Positions 45,751 to 55,440 of a stretch of DNA of 64,000 nucleotides are shown one piece after another. The first letter of the stretch is position 1. Each line of letters starts with the position of its first letter. The notes beneath the pieces are model-generated. The model searched no databases. It saw only the letters and a program-made list of their open reading frames with translations, and was not told the origin of the DNA. The position numbers and the translations under genes were made by a program. Source of the DNA: an uncultured Chloroflexia bacterium (GTDB taxonomy: Bacteria > Chloroflexota > Anaerolineae > Promineifilales > Promineifilaceae); assembly GCA_963783985.1 (NCBI GenBank), contig CAWAPO010000005.1:225306-289305 (forward strand), written 5' to 3'.

Positions 45751-46437
45751 ATGCAAAAAAGAATCCGTGCTGGATGGATCCTACTTCTGCTGTTGATGAT
45801 TTCGTTGGCACTGTCTGCCTGTGTCCGTCCGTATCCTGGTAGCGAGGCATCCGCCGCCCCACCGGTGGTCAATCCAATAGCCACTCAGCCTGTTGTAATT
45901 CCTGAGATTCCGATTGCAACGGTGGACCCGGGAACAGAAGGTCCCGATACGGAGCCGGCAGAGCCGGTAGAAATCCAAGAGCCGACGCCGGTTGTGATTG
46001 AACCTGCCCCCGAGCAAGCGTCTGAAACGACGCACACGATTTTAGCCGGAGACACGCTGTTCAAGATCGCGCTTGAGTATGACGTGACGGTTGACGAGAT
46101 CGCGGCGGCAAATGCACTCGAAGATGTTAACAGTCTCGAAGTAGGCCAGATCCTGATTATTCCCTTGCCCGGGTCCACAGTAACTATCAATGGGGAAACG
46201 GCCGAGTCAGAACCAACTGAGCAAGTCGAGACCGAGTCGGAAACAGCGCCAGAAGCGGAGCCGACAAGACCGGCGACCGCGGTGGGAGGCGTTCATATTG
46301 TCCAACCTGGCGACAACTTGTTCCGCATCGGGCTTCAGTACGGCTGCAGCGTTGAGCAGCTGGCGCAGCACAATGGGATTACAACACCAAACAGAATTTC
46401 GGTAGGAATGGAGATTCAGATACCGGAATGCAACTAG
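45751..46437 (+). CDS. Lipoprotein with two LysM peptidoglycan-binding domains
   Basis: Lipobox LALSAC. Two LysM repeats: HTILAGDTLFKIALEYDVTVDEIAAANAL... and HIVQPGDNLFRIGLQYGCSVEQLAQHNGI.... GAGGAGG lies 7 nt before the ATG at 45751; the ORF-track GTG at 45748 is also possible. Confidence 0.85.
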   Translation: MQKRIRAGWILLLLLMISLALSACVRPYPGSEASAAPPVVNPIATQPVVIPEIPIATVDPGTEGPDTEPAEPVEIQEPTPVVIEPAPEQASETTHTILAGDTLFKIALEYDVTVDEIAAANALEDVNSLEVGQILIIPLPGSTVTINGETAESEPTEQVETESETAPEAEPTRPATAVGGVHIVQPGDNLFRIGLQYGCSVEQLAQHNGITTPNRISVGMEIQIPECN

Positions 46438-46469
46438 GCAACTGAATTGCGAAAAAGTGATATATTTAG

Positions 46470-46510
46470 GACCTTGCCTATTCGGTTGCGAACAGGCAAG
46501 GTCTTTTTTG
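46470..46510 (+). terminator. Rho-independent terminator
   Basis: Stem gaccttgcct / aggcaaggtc followed by T6. Confidence 0.7.
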
Positions 46511-46544
46511 ATTCTACGCCACAAGACTGTTGATTTAGGGAACT

Positions 46545-47120
46545 ATGGATAGCAAGCAGATTGAAATAGCCTGGCAGGGGGACTCTTGGAGTCTCCATGT
46601 AGCGAGACAGGTGCTTGCTGACGGATCAACTGCTGAAACAGCTTATATTGATCACCCTGGGGCGGTTGTCCTGGTCCCATATCGAGAATCCGCAGGCGTG
46701 TCTGAGCTCTTGATCTTGCGCCAATATCGGCTCGCTTTGCGGGAAACGATACTGGAATTACCGGCCGGCACACGTGGCCGGGATGAGGGGTGGCTGGAAT
46801 GTGCCCAACGCGAACTGCGCGAAGAAACTGGTTACCGCGCCGGGCGACTAATAGACCTGGGAAAATCCTGGCCCGCACCAGGGGTCTCCAATGAAGTGTT
46901 GGGTATTTATCTGGCAATGGACCTGCGCCCTGATCCACTTCCAAAAGACAGGGATGAACAAATCGAGGTCGTTTGCCTGCCCTTTGTTGATTTGTTTGCC
47001 ATGGCCGCAAATGGGCAGCTGCAGGATGCGAAGAGCGTGGTCGGAATCCTACGAACCGCCCATTACCTTGGAAAGCCGCCCGTTGACTCGGGAAAAATCG
47101 GAGATAGCGATATAGAATAG
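46545..47120 (+). CDS. NUDIX hydrolase (ADP-ribose pyrophosphatase-like)
   Basis: Nudix box G-x5-E-x7-REL-x-EETGY (AQRELREETGY). Confidence 0.85.
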   Translation: MDSKQIEIAWQGDSWSLHVARQVLADGSTAETAYIDHPGAVVLVPYRESAGVSELLILRQYRLALRETILELPAGTRGRDEGWLECAQRELREETGYRAGRLIDLGKSWPAPGVSNEVLGIYLAMDLRPDPLPKDRDEQIEVVCLPFVDLFAMAANGQLQDAKSVVGILRTAHYLGKPPVDSGKIGDSDIE

Positions 47121-47151
47121 GTCAATCATAGGGATTATCGTGGAGGCAGAA

Positions 47152-47871
47152 ATGATCGATTTCACAGACAGAGTTATTGCAATTACGGGAGCTGCCGGCA
47201 ACCTGGGCCGAGCAACGGCCATGGCATTCCATGAAGCAGGCGCCCGATTGGCGGTAATCGACCGCAAGCATGATGATCTGCGCCGCGTATTCGGCGAGAC
47301 GGTACCCGAAGGTGAGACCTGTTTCTATGTCTCGGGCGACCTGACAGATGCCCAATCAGTTTCGGAAATGATCGCCGCGATCTGGCAGTACTTCGGCCGT
47401 CTTGACGTCTTGGTCAATATCGCTGGTGGGTTCACGATGGGACCCCCTGTTCATGAGACGCCGGTGGATTCTTGGGACTTCATGATTAATCTCAATGCCC
47501 GAACCGTGTTCCTCATGAGCCGCGCGGTCATCCCTCATTTCATCGATCAGAAATATGGCAAAATCGTCAACATTGGCGCCCGTGCCGCCTTGAGCGGAAA
47601 ACCATACATGGCACCGTATGTTGTCTCCAAGAGTGCCGTCATCCGTCTCACGGAAAGTATCGCCGCCGAATTGAGAGATGTTGAAGGAATCAATGTCAAC
47701 TGCGTCCTTCCCGGCACCATAGACACGATCCGCAACCGTGAAGACATGCCCGATGCTGATTTTAGCAAGTGGGTCACACCGCGGGCTCTTGCAGATGTGA
47801 TCACTTTCCTGGCTTCCGATGATGCGCGGGCGATAAATGGGGCGTCAATACCCGTTTACGGGCGCAGCTGA
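47152..47871 (+). CDS. SDR-family oxidoreductase
   Basis: ITGAAGNLGRATA and the YVVSK catalytic motif. The start was set to the ATG at 47152, 5 nt after GGAGG. Confidence 0.85.
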   Translation: MIDFTDRVIAITGAAGNLGRATAMAFHEAGARLAVIDRKHDDLRRVFGETVPEGETCFYVSGDLTDAQSVSEMIAAIWQYFGRLDVLVNIAGGFTMGPPVHETPVDSWDFMINLNARTVFLMSRAVIPHFIDQKYGKIVNIGARAALSGKPYMAPYVVSKSAVIRLTESIAAELRDVEGINVNCVLPGTIDTIRNREDMPDADFSKWVTPRALADVITFLASDDARAINGASIPVYGRS

Positions 47872-47916
47872 ATGTAAGTAGGCTTAACGCCTATAGAGCG
47901 GCTGAGGGCAAACCTT

Positions 47917-47932
47917 AATTCAATATTGAATT
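47917..47932. promoter_or_regulatory. Perfect 16-bp palindrome AATTCAATATTGAATT upstream of bcp (candidate operator)
   Basis: Read directly in the sequence. It is self-complementary over all 16 nt and ends 93 nt upstream of the bcp ATG. Confidence 0.4.
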
Positions 47933-48025
47933 CAGTACGCGTCCTGTGATCGATTTTGTAAGATAGACTCAGCTCTGTTCATTAGATGTGAACACCAAGG
48001 GACGGGAGTGATAGAAGGAGACAAA

Positions 48026-48499
48026 ATGAAACTAGAGATTGGCGATCTTGCTCCGGAGTTTGAGCTTTATTCTGACAGTGGTCAAACTGTTAAACTATCT
48101 GACCTGCGTGGCCAGCGCGTGCTGCTCTTTTTCTACCCAAAAGCGGATACGCCTGGCTGTACGATACAGGCATGCGGATTTCGCGACAATTACGACACCA
48201 TAAGTGAGTCGCGGGTAACGGTGTTTGGTATCAGCCCAGATTCCGTTGAAGATCTCGAACGTTGGCGTGCGCGAGAAGGATTTCAGTATAACCTGCTAGC
48301 AGATCCGGACCACGCGGCGGCGGAGCTATATGGTGCTTGGGGCGAAAAGAAAATGTACGGGAAATCTTATGACGGGATCATCCGCAGCCACTTTGTTGTC
48401 GGCGCAGACGGCCGTTTAGAGGACGTGCAGTACAAGGTTAGCCCACAAAAAAGCATTGAGGAAGCGCTGCGACAAATCACTTCGCCGGAATCCGCCTAG
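48026..48499 (+). CDS. bcp: Thiol peroxidase / peroxiredoxin Bcp
   Basis: FFYPKADTPGCTIQAC active site. AAGGAG precedes the ATG at 48026. Confidence 0.9.
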   Translation: MKLEIGDLAPEFELYSDSGQTVKLSDLRGQRVLLFFYPKADTPGCTIQACGFRDNYDTISESRVTVFGISPDSVEDLERWRAREGFQYNLLADPDHAAAELYGAWGEKKMYGKSYDGIIRSHFVVGADGRLEDVQYKVSPQKSIEEALRQITSPESA

Positions 48500-48535
48500 G
48501 CCCAGCTTTTGGGTGAGGGTGGCCGCACGCACCCG

Positions 48536-49525
48536 CTAATAGAATAGCGAAAGCAGCTCCGCCTCTGTGAGCCCGGTTGACGCCAGATCGACAGCGCAGG
48601 TACCTAACGCGCGGCCGAGGTCAGCGGGATCATAGCGCACGCCGGCCAGGCAGGCAGCTACCTCGGCAAGAATGGGTTCCAACTGCGGGCTGCTCTCTAT
48701 GATGCGCGTGTTCTGCAGAAGACCATTTTCGACCAGGATTTCAAGGGTGACGGCGCCCTTACTGCTGTGCTTACGGCGTAGGGAGGTGAACCGGGGTGAG
48801 CGGCCGATATTCCAACGCCAACTCTGGTATCGTTGCTGAGAAATTTCGCGAACAGTTTGCCAATCCTTCTCCGCCAATTGAAGCAAAGCGGCGCCGCTCT
48901 CCAGTTCCATGAATGCTTCCCTGACCCTCAGCTTAACCTCATGCGGATGCACTTGATGACCAAGCAGATCGGCAAGGTTGACCACGCTGCTGCGCACCGA
49001 TTTCACGGCGCGTGATTCAATCTCCCGGTGCTGCGGCCGAATCACCTGCCGCAGCTGCTCAAGATCACAATCCACGAGCAACGTGCCATGACTCACCAGC
49101 TTGCCGGCTGCAGCGTATTGGGCATTTCCGGAGACCTTCCTATCACCCACGAACAGAGAGCTGCGGCTGCGAAGTTCGGCCGTAATGCCCAACCTTTGCA
49201 GCGCCATGACCACTGGCCTTGTGAAACGTTCGTAGTTGTTCAGCAATCCTTGATGAGGATGTATCAGGCTGTAATTGAGATTGCCTAGATCGTGATAGAC
49301 CGTGCCTCCCCCTGAAAGCCGGCGCAGGATTGGTATCCCTTTTTCGCCGGCATAGCTGAAGTCTATCTCCTCAAATACATTCTGATTACGGCCGACAATG
49401 ACAGAGGGCGCGTTGATATAGATGAAGAGGATGGCCTCGTCCTGAACACAGTGCCGGAACAAGTGCTCTTCAAGGGCTAGGTTCAAACGTGGATCAGTAA
49501 TATGGGGATAATCAAGATACAGCAT
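48536..49525 (-). CDS. lplA: Lipoate-protein ligase A
   Basis: RRLSGGGTVYHDLGNLNYS and RKVSGNAQY motifs. The start was set to the ATG at 49525. Confidence 0.85.
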   Translation of the reverse strand: MLYLDYPHITDPRLNLALEEHLFRHCVQDEAILFIYINAPSVIVGRNQNVFEEIDFSYAGEKGIPILRRLSGGGTVYHDLGNLNYSLIHPHQGLLNNYERFTRPVVMALQRLGITAELRSRSSLFVGDRKVSGNAQYAAAGKLVSHGTLLVDCDLEQLRQVIRPQHREIESRAVKSVRSSVVNLADLLGHQVHPHEVKLRVREAFMELESGAALLQLAEKDWQTVREISQQRYQSWRWNIGRSPRFTSLRRKHSSKGAVTLEILVENGLLQNTRIIESSPQLEPILAEVAACLAGVRYDPADLGRALGTCAVDLASTGLTEAELLSLFY

Positions 49526-49706
49526 GAGGATTTCCTTCAGGCAGGCAAGCATATCACAACCTGATAATTCGCACCCAAGCAACATAAGCGGGCTATACTG
49601 CGTAAAGGGTAGCATGGGCTGCATGCCAGCGTTCTTGCGGTGCCGGTAAACGTTAAAGAGAGCTTGCAGGATTCAAGACAATCAAGGCACGCTCGGAGAA
49701 AATTGG

Positions 49707-50318
49707 ATGGAAGAAAACGATAGTCTGCAAGAGCTCCGTTCCTATCTGCGGCCACATATCCTTATCTTGGGAACATTTGTCGCTGCCATCTGGAGCCTGG
49801 AGGGGCTCGATTGGATCAGCGGGGGCCGGCTCGATCAATTCGGTATCATTCCCAGGCAATTGATAGGTCTGCGTGGTATCGTTGCCGCCCCTCTGCTGCA
49901 TGGTGATTTCGCGCATGTCGCTGCCAACACCGTGCCATTTATTGTCTTGGGCTGGTTCGTACTCATGCGCGGGACCAGGACATTTGCCACCGTTGTGCTC
50001 GCTGTCCTCTTCATTGGCGGATTGGGGACCTGGTTGATTGCCCCGGCCAATTCGATACATATCGGGGCCAGCGGTCTGATATTTGGTTTTTTCGGCTACT
50101 TACTGTTTCGTGGCTATTTCGAACGCAGCTGGCAGTCAATCGCCTGGTCAGTTGTCGTTCTCATTCTATATGGGGGTATGCTGCTCAGTCTTCTGCCGAC
50201 GGCGCCAGCAGTTTCATGGCAAATGCACCTATTTGGTTTCCTCGGCGGGGGGTTCGCGGCCTACATGCTAAGCCGGCCGCAGAAAAGCTTGAATTCCTTC
50301 ACCTTACCGGAGGATTAG
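49707..50318 (+). CDS. Rhomboid-family intramembrane serine protease
   Basis: GASGLIFG (GxSG) motif and the downstream catalytic His helix MHLFGFLGGG. Confidence 0.8.
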   Translation: MEENDSLQELRSYLRPHILILGTFVAAIWSLEGLDWISGGRLDQFGIIPRQLIGLRGIVAAPLLHGDFAHVAANTVPFIVLGWFVLMRGTRTFATVVLAVLFIGGLGTWLIAPANSIHIGASGLIFGFFGYLLFRGYFERSWQSIAWSVVVLILYGGMLLSLLPTAPAVSWQMHLFGFLGGGFAAYMLSRPQKSLNSFTLPED

Positions 50319-51085
50319 ACTTCCATGGCCCGGCTAAACTGGCGCTCACCGATCTTAGCCAAGGCGATGCTCATCAGGTACAGCACTACGAGTGGCGCCA
50401 TCGTAATCAACATCGTAACCGGATCGATCGATGGAGTAATCATCGCTGCCAATACAGCGATCAAAACAATGGCAATACGCCATTGATCAATGAGCATTCT
50501 GGCGGTAACCAACCCCACACGGGCCACAAAATAAATAATGATCGGGATCTGAAAACTCACGCCCAACCAAAAAATCATGCGAATGACAAAGCTAATATAT
50601 TCTTGGCTGGTCCAGTCGGTACTGAATATCTGCGGCATGAAGTTGGCCAGGAAGAAGATCGCCGCGGGCGCCAGAACAAACCAGGCAAAGGCCATACCCA
50701 GAACGAACAGAACCAGAGAACTGGGCACAAAGATATAAACGTATCGTCTTTCATTCGGCTTGAGTCCGGGGGAAATGAAAAACCAAAACTGAACCAGGAT
50801 GACCGGCATGGCCAGGATCGCGCCAAAAAGCAAAGAGACCTTGAAGTAGGTTTCCAATCCTTCGGTGGGCCGCAGCGTTTGCAGCGTAGCACCCCCTACG
50901 GAACCTGTGGCCTGCGTATATGGCACCAGCAAATAGTTGAGTAGGCTCTCGGCAAATACAAAACTAACTATCGTGCCGACAGCGACGGCAGCGGCGACCC
51001 AAACCAGTCTCTTGCGGAGCTCGTTCAAATGCTCCAAGAGACTCATGTTGGGGCCATAGTCGTCTACATCCTCACCCTGGCTCAT
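50315..51085 (-). CDS. tatC: Twin-arginine translocase subunit TatC
   Basis: LEHLNELRKRLVW N-terminus and 6 TM helices. Confidence 0.9.
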   Translation of the reverse strand: MSQGEDVDDYGPNMSLLEHLNELRKRLVWVAAAVAVGTIVSFVFAESLLNYLLVPYTQATGSVGGATLQTLRPTEGLETYFKVSLLFGAILAMPVILVQFWFFISPGLKPNERRYVYIFVPSSLVLFVLGMAFAWFVLAPAAIFFLANFMPQIFSTDWTSQEYISFVIRMIFWLGVSFQIPIIIYFVARVGLVTARMLIDQWRIAIVLIAVLAAMITPSIDPVTMLITMAPLVVLYLMSIALAKIGERQFSRAMEV

Positions 51086-51543
51086 GGTTCCGGGTCATCA
51101 GGGATTTCGAGGCGTTTCGGCAACTCCTCTACGGGGGTCATCTCATTGGGCGTCTTGTCATGCGCAGAAGGGGGGTCTTCTGTTTGTACGATGTCGGGGG
51201 GGGCAATTGTACGCCGCAGCTCTTCTTGCGTTTGCGCAAGCGCATTCTTACCCTCTTTCACGGCGCCGTCCGTGACTGAAAGCAGTTCCTTCTTCAGGTC
51301 CTCAATCTGGCTGCGCAAATCTTGCATATCCTGAATGGCGCCACGAATTTCATTCGTGTCCTGAAGGCCATCCAGTTCAGAGTTCAGCTGCTTGACAAAT
51401 CCGCGTGAGATAGCTTGCAGCTGTGATGTGGTCTTGCCTAGCCAGCGAGCTATGACACCAATCCGTTCCGGCCCCATTACAATGCCGGCAATGACCAGGA
51501 TCAGAACCAGTTCAGGGATGCCGATACCGAAGAAACTTTCCAT
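51082..51543 (-). CDS. tatB: TatB-like Tat subunit
   Basis: FGIGIPELVLILVIAGIVMGPERIG, followed by an amphipathic helix and an acidic tail. Confidence 0.7.
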   Translation of the reverse strand: MESFFGIGIPELVLILVIAGIVMGPERIGVIARWLGKTTSQLQAISRGFVKQLNSELDGLQDTNEIRGAIQDMQDLRSQIEDLKKELLSVTDGAVKEGKNALAQTQEELRRTIAPPDIVQTEDPPSAHDKTPNEMTPVEELPKRLEIPDDPEP

Positions 51544-51735
51544 TTACTCTTCTTTGGTATCGCCGCTTTCGTCCGTGGCATCCAGATCTTCCTGCCCCTC
51601 ACGGACCCCTTCACGAAACGCACTAATGCCCTTGCCGAGCTCACTGCCAACCTTGCTAATACGGCCAACGCCAAATACAAGGAGTACAACTGCCAAGATC
51701 AATAAGAGTTCAGGCCAACCGAGTCCACCAATCAT
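51544..51735 (-). CDS. tatA: TatA/E-family Tat subunit
   Basis: MIGGLGWPELLLILAVVLLVFGVGRISKVG. The start was set to the ATG at 51735, which follows GAGGG. Confidence 0.8.
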   Translation of the reverse strand: MIGGLGWPELLLILAVVLLVFGVGRISKVGSELGKGISAFREGVREGQEDLDATDESGDTKEE

Positions 51736-51917
51736 TGCATTTTCCCTCACTGCCATGCCCTTGCCGGCGTGGCATCCAAAGAGACACAGCCTACAGCCGC
51801 GCCCATCAAAACCGCTCTGTCTAGTTGATCCTGCTCTATAGAGTTCACCAAGATCACTATCTGCAGCTTGAATTATACCCTATGCACCAGATTCTCTGTA
51901 AAGAGGCTAACAGTCCC

Positions 51918-53597
51918 TTACGTTGGCTCTTGAGGACAGACGACCAAGATATCCTCGTAGGCCAATATCCAACTGGCCAGCGAGGTATATCTGTCGCGCA
52001 CATCGTTGATTTCGCCAATGGAGATACCTTCAACGGAACCGTCAACCGCATACGTGAAAATATGCTGATAAAGCGACAGCTCAGGAATATCCTCGTCGTA
52101 ATAGCGCAGAAACTGATCATAGTAAGGAGCGCGCTCGCTTTCCAACCAGACACGGCGCCCCTCTTCCAATGCTTCACTTGCGCGTCTCCGATTCCAACCT
52201 GCATAATTCTGACCGCGAACGATCGCCTCCTGGCTCCAAAAATCGTAAAGATCTGGGTCGCCAGGTGGCGCGACATCGACGAGTGCTACGTCAAAGTTGC
52301 CACTGGTTAACGCGCGGCGAAAATCCTTCCAATCAGAGAACAAGGACATCAAGGGCGCCACGCCCAATTCCTTCCACTGCTCTTCGATTTCTTCAGCCAG
52401 TGCGCGATTAGTTGGCGTATTAAAGACGAGGAAGCGAAGAATCAGCGGCTCTTCCTCTTTTTCGCGTATCTCCAGCCCATCAGGCAGCAGCCAGCCGGCC
52501 TCATCCAATCCGGTCGTCGCCGAAATCGGCTCGCTGGAAAACAATGTCAAAGTATCCGGGTCGTAGGCCCACGAAGACGGCAGGTAGGGGCCAGTATGTG
52601 AGACCCCCTGCCCATTTAGAGTCTCGTCGATGACCTTGTCCCGATCGAGTCCGTAGGCCAAAGATCGGCGAACCGCTCTGTCGCGCACAGCCTGAGCGCC
52701 GCTGTCGCCTAAATTGAACAGGAGCGAACTATAACGGGATGCCGGAGAAGAGAATAAACGCGCATCGGCAATCTGTGCGACTTCCGGCAGCATCGCTGGG
52801 GACACATCGCTGATGGCTTGTATATGCCCTTGTCGAAATGCGTCGACCAACGCCTCTTCTGTGGGGTAAAAGCGAAAACCTATATCACTTATTCGTGCCG
52901 TTTGAGACCAAACCTTTTCAAAAGGAGTTACCCTGATCATGCCCTCAGTCTGCCAATCTTGTCCAGGTTCCATACGAAAGGGCCCAGTGCCTACGGGTGA
53001 CCTGTTGAAAACGGCGCCTGTCAGTTCCGCGGCCGAAACTCCTGCCAGTAAGTGTTCGGGCAAAATGCCGACCGTTGTCGCGTCCAAGAAACCTGCGTAA
53101 GGCTCACGCAGTTCAAACTCAATCTCAGTCGGCGAAATTTGGCGAATAGCGACGGTGCCCCAGAGCCTCTGCCGCGCTGGATCACCCGGAAAATCCTCAT
53201 CCTGCATGAGACCGTAGGTAAAGGCGACATCCTCGGCATCAAAAGGTTCCCCATCATGCCAGAAGAGATCATCGCGCAAGATGAACTGCACCGATCGGCC
53301 GTCCTCGCTAACTGACCAACTTTCGGCAAGGGCAGGCACCAGTATACCCTCTTCATAGCGCGTCAAGCCGTCAAACAGCAGTGCGCTCAACTGGCGATCC
53401 ACCGGATTCTCATCTGCCAAAAGGGGGCTAATAAACTCAGGAGCTCCCAACACGCCTTCCACGAATGTGCCACCCGATACAGCAAACCGTTCCGAGCAAA
53501 GGCGGCTTTCTGTCTGCACGTGATACGACAAGAGGGCCAGCACCAAGGCCAGCCCGATCACAGCGAAAAGTAGCTGCCAACGCATATTTGGTTTCAT
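51918..53597 (-). CDS. ABC-transporter substrate-binding protein, family 5 (peptide/nickel type), orphan
   Basis: SBP_bac_5-like sequence along its full length. No permease or ATPase gene is adjacent. Confidence 0.8.
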   Translation of the reverse strand: MKPNMRWQLLFAVIGLALVLALLSYHVQTESRLCSERFAVSGGTFVEGVLGAPEFISPLLADENPVDRQLSALLFDGLTRYEEGILVPALAESWSVSEDGRSVQFILRDDLFWHDGEPFDAEDVAFTYGLMQDEDFPGDPARQRLWGTVAIRQISPTEIEFELREPYAGFLDATTVGILPEHLLAGVSAAELTGAVFNRSPVGTGPFRMEPGQDWQTEGMIRVTPFEKVWSQTARISDIGFRFYPTEEALVDAFRQGHIQAISDVSPAMLPEVAQIADARLFSSPASRYSSLLFNLGDSGAQAVRDRAVRRSLAYGLDRDKVIDETLNGQGVSHTGPYLPSSWAYDPDTLTLFSSEPISATTGLDEAGWLLPDGLEIREKEEEPLILRFLVFNTPTNRALAEEIEEQWKELGVAPLMSLFSDWKDFRRALTSGNFDVALVDVAPPGDPDLYDFWSQEAIVRGQNYAGWNRRRASEALEEGRRVWLESERAPYYDQFLRYYDEDIPELSLYQHIFTYAVDGSVEGISIGEINDVRDRYTSLASWILAYEDILVVCPQEPT

Positions 53598-53691
53598 GGA
53601 ATCAAAGAGCAGAATTGCGGATAAGGTTTGTGACCAGGATCCCCGTTTATCACCCTAACACGCGGATAATCGGCTCAAGAAGCCGGGCGTT

Positions 53692-53940
53692 CTAACCCCA
53701 GGCAAGAAAGGCCAGCAGCGTATTGACAAAGAAAAGGATGGAGACAACGATGGTCAAGCGGTGCATGGTTGCTTCGACTCCACGACGGGTCCTGAAAGTC
53801 CCACTGCTGTCGCCACCGCCGCCGCCAAGAAAACCACCCAAATCAGAGCCTTTCGTTTGCATAAGAACCAAAGCAGTCAGGGCAATCGCCAGAACAATCT
53901 CGATAACGCTCAGATAGGGCGCCAAAGGCTGCAAATTCAT
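53692..53940 (-). CDS. secG: Preprotein translocase subunit SecG
   Basis: 82 aa, two TM helices, and a Gly-rich loop LMQTKGSDLGGFLGGGGG. Confidence 0.8.
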   Translation of the reverse strand: MNLQPLAPYLSVIEIVLAIALTALVLMQTKGSDLGGFLGGGGGDSSGTFRTRRGVEATMHRLTIVVSILFFVNTLLAFLAWG

Positions 53941-54085
53941 AAGATATTCCTCGAGTAATTCTTGAATCGAAATGTCCGCCGCAGATCATCATACCGGAAG
54001 CGGACCAAATTCAGCATTATAGCATAGCAATAGATACGAATCACGTCGAACGTTCATCTAAGCCATTCTATTTCCACTAATGATA

Positions 54086-54118
54086 GAAAAAGGCGGCGCC
54101 ATGAAATGGAACCGCCCT
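54086..54118 (-). terminator. Candidate recA terminator
   Basis: The minus strand reads GGCGGTTCCATttcATGGCGCCGCC (interrupted stem) followed by TTTTTC. Confidence 0.45.
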
Positions 54119-54169
54119 CTCAAAATCTCGAATGCAGGAGGCTGAGCCGTCCAGCCAAGCATCAATGAA

Positions 54170-55219
54170 TTAGAAAGTCTCCTCGACCGCGCCTTCATGT
54201 CCCTCTCGCACCTCTTCGAGCGGCAGGCCGGCCTCGCGGCGAATGAGATATTCCAACTCAGCCAACAAATCTGGATTCTCAGCCAGGTAGGTCTTGGCGT
54301 TCTCGCGCCCCTGTCCGATCAACGTCTCTCCATACCGGAAATATGCCCCACGTTTGTCCACCAGCCCATACTCTACGGCCAGGTCAATCACGTCACCCGT
54401 CAACGAGATCCCTTCGTTGTACATGATGTCAAACTCACATTCTGTAAACGGTGGCGCCACCTTGTTCTTCTTTACTTTCACCCGCGTGCGGTTGCCGATT
54501 ACGTCGCCGCCCGCCTTCAAGGCCTGGATGCGCCTGATGTCCAAACGCACCGACGCATAGAACTTCAACGCGTTCCCCCCACTCGTCGTCTCCGGATTGC
54601 CAAACATCACCCCGATCTTGTGCCGCAATTGGTTCGTGAAGATCATCGATGTGTTCGTCTGTTTGATTACCCCAGACAACTTGCGCAGCGCCTGCGACAT
54701 CAACCGCGCCTGCAGTCCTACGTGCGCATCTCCCATCTCCCCTTCGATCTCCGCGCGCGGCACCAACGCCGCCACCGAATCTATCACGACCACGTCCATC
54801 GTGCCCGAGCGGATCAGTGCTTCGGCGATCTCCAGCGCCTGTTCCCCCGTGTCCGGCTGCGATACGTATAGATTGTCTACATCTACCCCGCAGCGCGCCG
54901 CGTACACCGGGTCCAGGGCATGTTCCATGTCGATGAAGGCGCACAGCCCGCCCAGCTCCTGCGCTTCGGCGATGATATGTTGGCACAGCGTCGTCTTGCC
55001 TGACGATTCCGGTCCATAGATCTCTATGACCCGGCCCCGCGGCACGCCGCCCACCCCTAAGGCGATATCCAGCGATAAAGACCCCGTCGGGATCGCCTCT
55101 ATCTGCAAGTGCTGCGCCTCACCAAGACGCATAATCGTCCCTTCGCCATACTTCTTTTCCAACATGTCCAGCGTCTTATCTAGACTCGCCACGCGACTGC
55201 TGCCATTGCTGTTCGCCAT
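54170..55219 (-). CDS. recA: Recombinase RecA
   Basis: [13 protein letters not shown] Walker A motif and overall RecA sequence. AAGGAG precedes the ATG at 55219. Confidence 0.97.
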   Translation of the reverse strand: MANSNGSSRVASLDKTLDMLEKKYGEGTIMRLGEAQHLQIEAIPTGSLSLDIALGVGGVPRGRVIEIYGPESSGKTTLCQHIIAEAQELGGLCAFIDMEHALDPVYAARCGVDVDNLYVSQPDTGEQALEIAEALIRSGTMDVVVIDSVAALVPRAEIEGEMGDAHVGLQARLMSQALRKLSGVIKQTNTSMIFTNQLRHKIGVMFGNPETTSGGNALKFYASVRLDIRRIQALKAGGDVIGNRTRVKVKKNKVAPPFTECEFDIMYNEGISLTGDVIDLAVEYGLVDKRGAYFRYGETLIGQGRENAKTYLAENPDLLAELEYLIRREAGLPLEEVREGHEGAVEETF

Positions 55220-55349
55220 CTGAGAACTCCTTTGCCAGATCATCTCACAAAGATCTCCCAGCTTGAACCACAGGGGCAGCGTATGCAGCCCGCCAATTTG
55301 GAAGAATCAGGCACTGGATCTGGATAATAGTGTGGTTAAGTACAAGAGG

Positions 55350-55378
55350 AGTTTAGCACATCTGTTCGCCCATGTCAA
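55350..55378 (-). promoter_or_regulatory. recA promoter TTGACA-17-TAAACT
   Basis: Read on the minus strand: -35 at 55378-55373 and -10 at 55355-55350, with an exact 17-nt spacer. Confidence 0.55.
55355..55368 (-). promoter_or_regulatory. SOS (LexA) box candidate CGAACAGATGTGCT inside the recA promoter spacer
   Basis: GAAC-N4-GTGC has one mismatch to the Gram-positive-type GAAC-N4-GTTC. It occupies the -35/-10 spacer. Confidence 0.45.
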
Positions 55379-55394
55379 CACCGATTTCATTTTT

Positions 55395-55408
55395 CGAACA
55401 CATATTCG
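55395..55408 (-). promoter_or_regulatory. Second SOS-box candidate CGAATATGTGTTCG
   Basis: GAAT-N4-GTTC has one mismatch. It lies 17 nt upstream of the -35 hexamer. Confidence 0.4.
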
Positions 55409-55440
55409 ATTTATTGCGCGATGATGGCGCCAGTGCTTTT

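Noticed and set aside
51918-53597. Orphan family-5 substrate-binding protein upstream of tatABC as a possible Tat-linked system
   Set aside because: Its signal region (MKPNMRWQLLFAVIGLAL) has no twin-arginine motif. Orphan SBPs are common, and co-directionality with tatA (182-bp gap) is the only link.
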